In this document: positions 9,229 to 16,852 of the stretch, piece after piece | How positions within the stretch are numbered: position 1 is the stretch's first letter | Layout: the number at the start of each line of letters is the position of its first letter | Source of the DNA: Candidatus Sulfobium sp. | GTDB taxonomy: Bacteria; Nitrospirota; Thermodesulfovibrionia; Thermodesulfovibrionales; UBA6898 | NCBI GenBank assembly: GCA_037380845.1 | Contig: JARRRI010000039.1 | Location: forward strand, 1-20,968 | Direction of reading: 5' to 3' | Length of the DNA: 20,968 nt | Translations under genes and position numbers: made by a program | Notes under the pieces: model-generated | Told to the model about the DNA's origin: nothing | Seen by the model: the letters and a program-made list of their open reading frames with translations, nothing else | Database searches by the model: none

Positions 9229-9834
9229 CTATTTCGAGAGCTGTGCCAAATTGTCACACGCGTACCGCACGCCCGCGTCACAAGCCCTCCTGAAATCATC
9301 CATGGCCTTTTTCACATATGCTACACCGCGGGATGCGTAAATATTCCCGTCTCCTGGCCTTATGTCAAGGGCCCTGTTGTAATCGTTCATCGCCTTATCA
9401 TAATCCCCCATATGCGCGTAAGCAATTCCGCGGTTGTGATAGGCATCCGCCGAGTCCGGGCTGAGGGCGATGACTTTATTGTAGTCTTCAATCGCGTTTC
9501 CGTATTGTTTCAGTTTGAGATATGCAAGCGCACGGTTGCTGTATGGTTCAGCATTTTCCGGATGGAGCGATATGACCCTGCTGAAGTCCGAAACAGCCTT
9601 TTCGTATTCTCCATTCCTGTAATATGCGAGGCCGCGGTTAAAATATGCCTGATCGAAATCGGGGTACAGCGAGATCACGCGGCTGTATGACTCAACGGCC
9701 CCTGCATAATCCCCTTCATTGAAATGGCTGTTGCCCCTGTCGAAATAAAACTGTGCATCCTGACCTGCAGCAGCAGCTGTCCGCACGACCAGCAATACGC
9801 TCGCCGCAAAAATTATGGTACTTATAATTTTCAT
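9229..9834 (-). CDS. Secreted tetratricopeptide repeat protein
   Basis: Signal peptide, about 4 TPRs (AYFNRG..Y..A..D...I.L.P), C-terminal ACDAG...AC; GAGGAG upstream of ATG 9834. Confidence 0.92.
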   Translation of the reverse strand: MKIISTIIFAASVLLVVRTAAAAGQDAQFYFDRGNSHFNEGDYAGAVESYSRVISLYPDFDQAYFNRGLAYYRNGEYEKAVSDFSRVISLHPENAEPYSNRALAYLKLKQYGNAIEDYNKVIALSPDSADAYHNRGIAYAHMGDYDKAMNDYNRALDIRPGDGNIYASRGVAYVKKAMDDFRRACDAGVRYACDNLAQLSK

Positions 9835-9893
9835 GTCACTCCTCTCCACAGTCCCGGTTAAAGTCGCTCCCGGGCCGTCTCAGCACGTTCATA

Positions 9894-9963
9894 ATTATAG
9901 CAGAAGAGTATCGGCGGCGGAGATCCGGGAAAGTTTGCCCCCGTGGGAAAGCACGGGTAAAAT
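9894..9963. promoter_or_regulatory. Divergent promoters for the TPR gene (-) and DUF445 gene (+)
   Basis: Minus strand TGcTATAAT (9894-9902); plus strand TTGCCC-17-TAAAAT (9935-9963). Confidence 0.5.
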
Positions 9964-10062
9964 ATTATGGAGGCCATAATTGAAAGCCGCTCGATAAGAC
10001 TTCTGTCGCTCACAGTCGCGTAATGACGCTGTCATTTTTCATGGTATGGTAAACGGGGAAAT

Positions 10063-10971
10063 ATGTCAGAGAAGCCTGTCAGGGAGAAAGAGACGCACAA
10101 GCAAGGATGGGAAAGAGCGGCTAACCTGGCGGCGACCTATCTCATCTTAACAGTACTGGTCTTACTCTCCCTGTGCGTATTCCTGTCGATTGCCGGCGTG
10201 GAGTCCGCCTTGCTATCCTTTCTCGTAAACGTATTTCTGGGAGGGTTTATCGGCGGTGTGACTAACAAGATCGCTATAGTGATGCTTTTCGACAGGAAAT
10301 GGTTTCTTCCCGGGTCGGGAGTCCTTCTGAAAAAACACCGTGAAATCGTCGTATCTCTGGCAGACACTGTTGAGTCTCACCTGATCAGCGCGGACATGAT
10401 CCAGGAAGAGCTCAGAAAAATCCTGGCGCCCGTCAAGATCGAAAATGCCGAAAGAATCCTGAACCGTATCATCGATGAATTCAGGGACGATGTCCGAAAC
10501 CATCTCAGGTCCGAAAAAACCCGTCTCAACATAGAAGACACTCTCCGGACAAGACTCGGGTTCCTGGGCAAGTTCCTGAACGTGACCCGCATCAAGGAAT
10601 ACGAGGAGATGACAGATACGATAGTCACGGAACTGGACAGACAAATGTCGGAATTCAGGGTCACCAGGACAATGCTGGTCAAGGCGATGGGAAAGATCGG
10701 CACACTGGAGGACTTTCTTTTCAAACCTCACAATGAACTGCTTGAAACGCATTTCAACACCGACAAATCAATTTCACAGCTTCTCTTCGAAAAGATCAAT
10801 ATCAAGGCCATGGTAATGGACAGGCTCTCCGAATATCAACCGTCCGAGGTGAGGGATATCATTGAGAGAAATATCAGGGATCATCTGCTTTGGCTGGAGG
10901 TGTTCGGGGTCCTCCTAGGGATGCTTTTTTCCGCCGTCCTGTTCATGGTCCTGAACACCTTCCGGCTTTGA
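10063..10971 (+). CDS. DUF445 family membrane protein
   Basis: N-terminal GGFIGGVTNKIAIVMLF and C-terminal LEVFGVLLG TM segments around a helical core. Confidence 0.8.
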   Translation: MSEKPVREKETHKQGWERAANLAATYLILTVLVLLSLCVFLSIAGVESALLSFLVNVFLGGFIGGVTNKIAIVMLFDRKWFLPGSGVLLKKHREIVVSLADTVESHLISADMIQEELRKILAPVKIENAERILNRIIDEFRDDVRNHLRSEKTRLNIEDTLRTRLGFLGKFLNVTRIKEYEEMTDTIVTELDRQMSEFRVTRTMLVKAMGKIGTLEDFLFKPHNELLETHFNTDKSISQLLFEKINIKAMVMDRLSEYQPSEVRDIIERNIRDHLLWLEVFGVLLGMLFSAVLFMVLNTFRL

Positions 10972-11106
10972 GATGCGGTCCTCCCCCCCTCTGCCGGGTG
11001 AGTTGTCAATAGGGGATTATCGCTTTCGCAGTTCACCTCATGGCGCCCAGCTTTAGAAAAGACGTCGAAAAGGTGTACAATTGTAAAGAGGTGACGGAGA
11101 AGAGAG

Positions 11107-11391
11107 GTGCTGCTTTTCAACTGCATTCCTGCTAAAAGCAGGAGAGGCCTCAAGACCGGGATGCTGCCGCTTGCGTTAGCATCTTTCTGCACAATAGTGG
11201 TCCTCTGCGTAGCAATCCTGTTCTCTCCCAATGATGAATTACCGTGGGATGTTCCCGCGACGGCTTTATACACCCTGTTCCTCTTTTCCGGCCTTCCCGC
11301 TGAAAAGGCTCGCATGAGAGTCTGCCGGAGCGCCCGCTCCTTATTCCTGCTCCTCAATGCACGCGGCATTGACAGGGCCCTGCCCCTCTGA
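11107..11391 (+). CDS. Putative membrane-targeted leader peptide upstream of tatA
   Basis: GGAG 7 nt before GTG; SRRGLK then a ~21-aa hydrophobic stretch; ends DRALPL; candidate -10 TACAAT at 11076-11081. Confidence 0.5.
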   Translation: MLLFNCIPAKSRRGLKTGMLPLALASFCTIVVLCVAILFSPNDELPWDVPATALYTLFLFSGLPAEKARMRVCRSARSLFLLLNARGIDRALPL

Positions 11392-11473
11392 CGATTCCCG
11401 TGGGCAGAAGTCGGAAATTTAATCGAGCAAGAAATGCAGGGGGCGACATGGTCCCTTGCATCAGGAGGTTAAC

Positions 11474-11647
11474 ATGTTTGATCTTGGATTCCCGGAATTG
11501 ATTGTCGTGTTTGTACTTGCCCTTGTGCTCTTTGGGCCGAGCAAACTCCCAACCCTCGGCAAAAGCCTCGGTGAGGCAATAAGAGGGTTCAAAAAAGGGC
11601 TGCACGACGAACCTTCACCGGTTCAGGAAAAGATAGAAGAGAAATAA
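11474..11647 (+). CDS. tatA: Twin-arginine translocase TatA/E subunit
   Basis: 57 aa; G..EL.....ALVLFGPSKLP.LG..LG.AIRGFKK; AGGAGG RBS. Confidence 0.95.
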   Translation: MFDLGFPELIVVFVLALVLFGPSKLPTLGKSLGEAIRGFKKGLHDEPSPVQEKIEEK

Positions 11648-11660
11648 CGTCCGGAATATT

Positions 11661-13016
11661 TCATCTCGTCATCCACGAACGCGACCTCACGGTGAGCACG
11701 GCCCAGGGGAAGATCCAGAAGAGAGCAAAGAAGGAAAAGTAGGCGTATAGCACGCCATAAAGGAAGTCCCACGACCGCTCGCTGCGCAGATAATAGAACA
11801 TATTGAAGAGTGCCATGACCCCGATGGCAAACATGAGCCTGAGGACCGTCGTCGGATCGCTAACCGATATCAAAACAAGAAGGACGAGCGTCGCGTAGCC
11901 TATCGGATAGCGCAGGTTCTTTATCAGCAGGTCCGAAAAGGCGATCACGCATGCCTTTGGGCTCCTCCGCCACACAATCCGCGCAAGACGGATCTCTTCT
12001 CTCACATAGCTTCTGTCCCAGCGAAGGAACATCTTGGTAAGCTTGGAGTATGTTCGCGGCACTATGGTATAAACCACGGCGTTCCTCTGGTACACCGTAT
12101 CATATCCCCTGGACAGTATGTAATTGGTCAGAGAACGGTCCTCGCCGTATGTGCATCGTACACCCAGGAACCGCTGCTCTATCCACTCGTCCAGGACGTC
12201 TCTTACGACAGACATACGGTATGCAGCGAGTGCGCCCGGGCAGCAATATACAGTGCTGTAGGTAGACTGCACCGCCCGCAGAAAGTCGAAGGCCAGCATG
12301 TATTTCACATGCAGCATCTTGGGGATGACACCCTGGTCGCGATTGTAAACAGCTACTTTTCCTGCCACGGCGCCAACGCGCTCGGCGCAGAACGGTCCGG
12401 CCATCGCCAGCAGCGTACCGGGACTGATCACACTGTCTGAATCGATGGTTACCGCTATCTCGCCCTTGGCCTTCCTGAACCCTTCTTCCAGAGCGGCCCT
12501 CTTGCCCCGGTTCTTTCCGAAACGCACAGTTGTGACAAGACCTGGATGGCGCATCGCGGCATGGCGTATATGCTTCCACGTGTCGTCCTTGCTGCCGTCA
12601 TCAACGACAAAGATCTCCAGCCGTTCGCGGGGATATGCCGCGGCCGCCACCGAATCAATAGTCTTCGCGACCATGGGTCCCTCGTTGTAGGCCGGGATGA
12701 TCACCGTGAGAAACGGGGCCTGTCCAAACCTGGCCGGGCGGACAGGATGATACCGGAACCATAGAAAGGTGCGGAAAAAAAGGAAGAGAGCCCCCATTGC
12801 TCCCCACATCAGGCTGGGCCGAAGAAGAAATTTCGCCCACCGGCTGGCCGAAACCTTGTCAAAGAGAGGAGTAAATATCCCTCCGCAAAAACTCGCGTAA
12901 GCTATTACCCCCAGACCGCAGAGAATCGCGGCCCTCAGAAGCCAATCCCAGGTGTCCGCGGGAATATCCTCCGCGGGCATTTCGCGTATATCGACAGTTG
13001 CGCTCATTTTTCCCAT
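11661..13016 (-). CDS. Processive membrane GT2 glycosyltransferase, hyaluronan synthase/NodC-like
   Basis: IIPAYNE, DDGSKD, GKRAAL, DSDS, CCPGALAAYR, GEDRSLTN, (M)FLRW; 2 N-terminal and several C-terminal TM helices. Confidence 0.9.
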   Translation of the reverse strand: MGKMSATVDIREMPAEDIPADTWDWLLRAAILCGLGVIAYASFCGGIFTPLFDKVSASRWAKFLLRPSLMWGAMGALFLFFRTFLWFRYHPVRPARFGQAPFLTVIIPAYNEGPMVAKTIDSVAAAAYPRERLEIFVVDDGSKDDTWKHIRHAAMRHPGLVTTVRFGKNRGKRAALEEGFRKAKGEIAVTIDSDSVISPGTLLAMAGPFCAERVGAVAGKVAVYNRDQGVIPKMLHVKYMLAFDFLRAVQSTYSTVYCCPGALAAYRMSVVRDVLDEWIEQRFLGVRCTYGEDRSLTNYILSRGYDTVYQRNAVVYTIVPRTYSKLTKMFLRWDRSYVREEIRLARIVWRRSPKACVIAFSDLLIKNLRYPIGYATLVLLVLISVSDPTTVLRLMFAIGVMALFNMFYYLRSERSWDFLYGVLYAYFSFFALFWIFPWAVLTVRSRSWMTR

Positions 13017-13107
13017 GTTAAAAGAAGGTCCTCCGGTAAGGTTTTAAAGGTATGGATTCCGGACGCAACAGTCCGGACAATGGATCAGTGGATCGGCGGC
13101 GCGCAAG

Positions 13108-13281
13108 TTATTCCCCGTCTATTTTCTTTCTCTCTTGTTCCTTGTCGCCTTTAAGAGCGTCTTTGAAACCCCTGATTGCCTCGCCGACGCCCTTTCCGGC
13201 CGCGGGGAGTCTGCCCGGGCCGAACACCAGGAGTGCAATCACCAGCACCACCATCAACTCCGGTAATCCCAATCCAAACAT
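13108..13281 (-). CDS. tatA: Twin-arginine translocase TatA/E subunit (second paralog)
   Basis: 57 aa; [46 protein letters not shown]. Confidence 0.94.
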   Translation of the reverse strand: MFGLGLPELMVVLVIALLVFGPGRLPAAGKGVGEAIRGFKDALKGDKEQERKKIDGE

Positions 13282-13491
13282 CGCAACCTCCTCAGCTCTT
13301 GCGCAAACGATTCCCGATGTCTTCGGACACTGTCCCGGATTCCTCCAGCCCGGGGACGCCGGTGATACCCGCCGATGAGCGGTTCGCAGGCAGAGAAACC
13401 GGCGCCACGCCGACCGGCAGCTCACTCATATAAAAAGGGGAAAAATGACAGAAAAACATGTGCGTGCTGTTGCACTTTCTCCTTGGATATA

Positions 13492-13521
13492 ATTCTACTT
13501 CAATCCCTGATGGAATTGCAA
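13492..13521 (-). promoter_or_regulatory. Candidate sigma70 promoter for the tatA2-GT2 transcript
   Basis: Minus strand TTGCAA-18-TAGAAT. Confidence 0.4.
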
Positions 13522-13564
13522 CGTATCCTTTCCATCTCTTTTTACGCCGCCCTCAGCCGGGATG

Positions 13565-14353
13565 TCAGGCCGCCGGCGGCTCACTATCTCTCCTCCTGAG
13601 CACTTTGGCGAGCAGGCAGGTCGCAACATCCAGGTGAGTCTCCGGGCTGAGGCGGGGACCGAGCAAAGCGGCCTGTGCCGCCCTCGTCAACAGGCGTTCA
13701 TCGTAAACAGCATCCAGGCAGCGGCGGCGCAGCTCTCGGGCAAGATAAGCGAAGTTTGCCGCCCGGGCAGGCTGGAGGGCGGCGCCCAGGGAATCATAGA
13801 CAACACCTTTTTCACTGAAAGTAAGGGCTGTACCCTCCCGTGCATAAAGGACGAAAAAGCCTTCCCGCTCCTCGATGGCGGTCTCGCGGGCGGTCTTCGT
13901 TGTCCTGGAAAGCATGAGTCCGCCGGAAAGCACCGCGCGCCCGGGACTGAAGGAGCGTTTTTTCACCGTCTCCGTAAAAGTGCTGAGGGCTATACGCGTC
14001 CCTCGCAGGATGAGATTGACGTCCCGGTAAGCGACGTCAAAGCTGCCTTCCCCGGCCGATTCGACGTGGAGCTTTTCTTCATCGAGACGAAACCGTCTTG
14101 CGGACGGACGATCCGCCTCGGTTGCTATTTCGCCGGCCGTCAGGAGCACCGCCCCGAACCCGGCGGACTGAAGATTTCCGACCAGCCGGCGGGCTGGAGC
14201 CGGTTCACGGTAAACAGCGACAACCAGAGGCCCGCTTCCGGGTATTCGCAGCCGTGCCAGTGCCTCGAATGCCGTCACCCCCAGGGCTGCCGCCAGTTTG
14301 CCTCCCAGGCTCTCCTTATCTTCCGTCAGGCTTCGTATGGCAACAACATGCAT
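13565..14353 (-). CDS. Hypothetical protein
   Basis: 262-aa ORF with natural globular composition, co-oriented downstream of the NTPase; no motif recognised. Confidence 0.75.
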   Translation of the reverse strand: MHVVAIRSLTEDKESLGGKLAAALGVTAFEALARLRIPGSGPLVVAVYREPAPARRLVGNLQSAGFGAVLLTAGEIATEADRPSARRFRLDEEKLHVESAGEGSFDVAYRDVNLILRGTRIALSTFTETVKKRSFSPGRAVLSGGLMLSRTTKTARETAIEEREGFFVLYAREGTALTFSEKGVVYDSLGAALQPARAANFAYLARELRRRCLDAVYDERLLTRAAQAALLGPRLSPETHLDVATCLLAKVLRRRDSEPPAA

Positions 14354-14416
14354 ATCGGCATAATACCTTACTTAATCTACTGCCGCCCAGGCACTAATTG
14401 CAAGCTGAGGCTGCCT

Positions 14417-14947
14417 CTATTTGTTCAGAAGATCCCGGACCCTCTTAATAATGACGTCAGGCAGGAGGTCCCGGTTCTCAGGAGTGACTTCGCTGATATC
14501 GACGTCTTCCCTTTCCCTTATGCCCGCGATGAAGTCATCACCTCCAAAGGTGATTGTACCGACAACGATATTGGGAGAATCGAGGGCTTCAAGTGCGGAC
14601 CTCCTGAAGACCTCCGAAAAACACTCCATTTTGCCTATCTCGTCGAGGATAATTACGTTGCCGCCGATCGGAAAAAACGAAGGCACCGCTATCATCTCGA
14701 TGTTCGCTATGCTGACCCCGTATCGCCTTATACGAAAAGACGATTCTATGTCCCGATGCGCAAGATAGCCGCTCCTGCCGTCAAGGGTCTTCATCAGGAA
14801 ACCGACCCTTTTATCTCCCTCCCTTTCTTCCTCCGTAAAGAAGCCGGTTGCCGGGACACCCAGCCGGTTTATCACCTTTCTAATGATCGTGGTCTTGCCC
14901 GACGAAGGCGCCCCGGTGAGAAAAATATTTTTCTTCACAACGTTCAT
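14417..14947 (-). CDS. Nucleoside-triphosphatase (NTPase_1/THEP1 family)
   Basis: Walker A GAPSSGKTT, GFFTEE.R...RVGF, Walker B IILDEIGKME. Confidence 0.93.
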   Translation of the reverse strand: MNVVKKNIFLTGAPSSGKTTIIRKVINRLGVPATGFFTEEEREGDKRVGFLMKTLDGRSGYLAHRDIESSFRIRRYGVSIANIEMIAVPSFFPIGGNVIILDEIGKMECFSEVFRRSALEALDSPNIVVGTITFGGDDFIAGIREREDVDISEVTPENRDLLPDVIIKRVRDLLNK

Positions 14948-15054
14948 TTCATATGGTTAATTGTAAATCAAAAAATGAAGAAAACAGGGTTAAAGACAAC
15001 TTGTGCTGAAGGATGTGACATGATCTGGTATAATCGGAGTAAGAAAACCTCGGG

Positions 15055-15345
15055 GTGAATATATTGAAGAACCGAATGGTCTTTGTTCTCTTGATCGTCC
15101 TTTTGACCTTTGCCGCGATGTCCGGCTGCTCAAGGAAGCCGGAAACGAAGCTCTGGTCCAATCTCTGTGCAGCCTGTCACAACGGCAAGACTGCTCCGAC
15201 GTCCGATGTCATACGTGACAAGTACAGGACAACTGAAGAATTCGCTGTTGCAGTGAAGGCCCGGGGCCACAGGTGTATGAACATTCTCAAGAACGACAAC
15301 AGCCTGATAAGAAAAGTGGCCCGCGAGATAGGACTCAAGGATTAA
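15055..15345 (+). CDS. Small monoheme c-type cytochrome lipoprotein
   Basis: Lipobox MSGC, CAACH, downstream Met as possible distal ligand; TGgTATAAT at 15026-15034. Start may be ATG 15076. Confidence 0.8.
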   Translation: MNILKNRMVFVLLIVLLTFAAMSGCSRKPETKLWSNLCAACHNGKTAPTSDVIRDKYRTTEEFAVAVKARGHRCMNILKNDNSLIRKVAREIGLKD

Positions 15346-15356
15346 TGGCAGGGGGC

Positions 15357-15385
15357 TTGACAACCCCCTGAAAGCGAGTTAGCCT
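15357..15385 (+). promoter_or_regulatory. Sigma70 promoter of the 6S-like RNA
   Basis: TTGACA (15357-15362)-17 bp-TAGCCT (15380-15385); predicted start ~15392. Confidence 0.65.
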
Positions 15386-15391
15386 GAAAGC

Positions 15392-15564
15392 AGAAACCGG
15401 TATGCGATGCTCCGGCAGAGGATAACCAGAGAACCAAGTAAATTCGTAAGGGGGCCGGGGTTGGATGCGGTGAGCATGCCTCCACTCTCGGAGGAAGCCT
15501 GAAGCACCATCGAAGCTCCCATGGAAAAAACAGGCTTGATGGATTACCGGCCGGGGCATCGCAC
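15392..15564 (+). ncRNA. ssrS: 6S RNA (SsrS)
   Basis: 14-bp closing stem TGCGATGCTCCGGC (15403-15416)/GCCGGGGCATCGCA (15550-15563); A-rich central bubble; inner rod GGGGGC/GCTCCC and CCTCC/GGAGG; GGTGAGCATGC...GAAGCCT matches the E. coli 6S apical region as I recall it. Confidence 0.85.
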
Positions 15565-15593
15565 TTGAATTCCGGAGCCGTACGGAAGTTCAA
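15565..15593. terminator. Hairpin immediately 3' of the 6S RNA (terminator or processing stem)
   Basis: TTGAATTCCG/CGGAA-G-TTCAA; no clear U tract. Confidence 0.4.
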
Positions 15594-15891
15594 TGTCGTC
15601 ACAGATCCCGGGCAGAAACCACGCTTTTCCTTCCTGCGTCAGACCTGTCCAATGGAGGACTTGCCGTATGGCTCTTCTTGTGTCGAGGCAAGAATACGTC
15701 CACGAGGTACTGACAGTCTCAAAGCAGTGTGAACATCCTCAGCCACTTCCTGCTGCGTCACCGTCAGAGACCTTCTCTTGCGTCATCATGACGGACAAAC
15801 CACGGGAATCCTGAAGACTTCAGTCTGAAGGAGCCGTTTCAAAAAGCCTTTGGGTCGGTTATAATACTCGAAAAAATGGGGAGGCATCCTT

Positions 15892-16284
15892 ATGAAAAAA
15901 GTGTCTTTATTCATTGTCATTGCCTGTATGATCCTTGCTGCGGGCTGTGCAAAGAGCGTTACCCAATCAACGGCAAACGGCAAGTTTCACGTAAAGATGA
16001 TATTCGGCGACAAGACCCTGAAGATGGGAAGAAATGAAGTCAGACTGAAAATAACAGACGCAAAAGGCTCAACCGCAGAAGGGGCAAAGGTGCAGGTAGT
16101 CCCCACTATGCCGGAACATCATATGGGCCCCATGTTTCCGCCTACCGTAACGGAAGAAGGGGACGGCGTCTACAAGGTCGTCATGCCGCTGACCATGGCC
16201 GGCCACTGGGTCGTACGGGTAAAGGTCGCCAGCGGGACGAATAAGGGAACCGCCTCTTTCGATTTTCCGAACGTTCAGAAATGA
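15892..16284 (+). CDS. YtkA/FixH-like domain lipoprotein, possible metal (Cu) chaperone
   Basis: Lipobox LAAGC; MPEHHMGPM; G.Y.....LTMAG.W.V.V; GGGAGG RBS; TATAAT at 15860-15865. Confidence 0.85.
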   Translation: MKKVSLFIVIACMILAAGCAKSVTQSTANGKFHVKMIFGDKTLKMGRNEVRLKITDAKGSTAEGAKVQVVPTMPEHHMGPMFPPTVTEEGDGVYKVVMPLTMAGHWVVRVKVASGTNKGTASFDFPNVQK

Positions 16285-16610
16285 GCCCTGTCTGAACTTT
16301 TGATTAAAATTATTTAATTGTACTTTTCCTTCCGACTGTGATAGTCTGTTTCGCATCGGTTTCGACTTTCAAAACAGGATGTTAGGGAGGAATCAACCCG
16401 AATCTGCACGACTTGCCGGTCTTTCCGATGCGGCGATCCCTTCATATTTTCTTCAAACTAATCATATATGTTTAGCACAACGAGAAGGAAATCTGGAAGG
16501 AATCGGAGATGAATCGAGGGCACATTCCCGGAAAAAAGAGTCGGGAGTTCACTGATAAATCGGCGGCGGCGCCAATCAATAATAACTCAATCAACGAATG
16601 AAGGTGAGAT

Positions 16611-16826
16611 ATGAAGGAGCGTGACGTTGTAGAAGCTATAATAGATATGGGCATGGAGAGGGGGAAAGTAACCTATGACGAAATCAACGATGCCCTCCCC
16701 TCGGAATTTTTTTCACTCGATGAGCTTGCCGGCCTTGTCGGGCTCCTGATCGACATGGGCGTGAAGGTTATAGAGTACAATACTTGCCCCGGCACCAGAA
16801 AGATGAGGCTTGCCGTAGCCGGATAA
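16611..16826 (+). CDS. Stand-alone sigma70 region 1.1 domain protein
   Basis: IIDMGMERGKVTYDEINDALPSEFFSLDEL..LV.LL.DMGVKVIE matches the RpoD region 1.1 pattern; AAGGTG RBS; no sigma regions 2-4 follow. Confidence 0.85.
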   Translation: MKERDVVEAIIDMGMERGKVTYDEINDALPSEFFSLDELAGLVGLLIDMGVKVIEYNTCPGTRKMRLAVAG

Positions 16827-16852
16827 TCGGGGCTGAATATAGATCCATTCCA

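Noticed and set aside
13282..13425. N-terminal extension of tatA2 containing WRRFL
   Set aside because: A strong RBS sits directly before ATG 13281, TatA normally starts there, and no hydrophobic region follows the RR.
13562..15058. 498-aa plus-strand ORF
   Set aside because: Codon-aligned antisense shadow of two real minus-strand genes that share a frame; no motifs or RBS.
15055..15345. MNILKN occurs twice in the small cytochrome ORF
   Set aside because: Codons differ, the first M is a GTG that may not be the true start, and six residues can match by chance.
15335..15602. Minus-strand 74-aa and 86-aa ORFs
   Set aside because: They overlap the 6S RNA and its promoter and have no protein-like features.
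15544..15789. Minus-strand frame reading GSG-TGA-GCSHC, suggestive of a selenoprotein
   Set aside because: No recognisable family, RBS or convincing SECIS hairpin; it runs antisense into the 6S RNA.
16517..16575. Possible c-di-GMP-I (GEMM) riboswitch (GGCAC...GAAA)
   Set aside because: Lacks the GNRA-capped P2 followed by GACGCAAAGC and a proper P3; only one weak stem.
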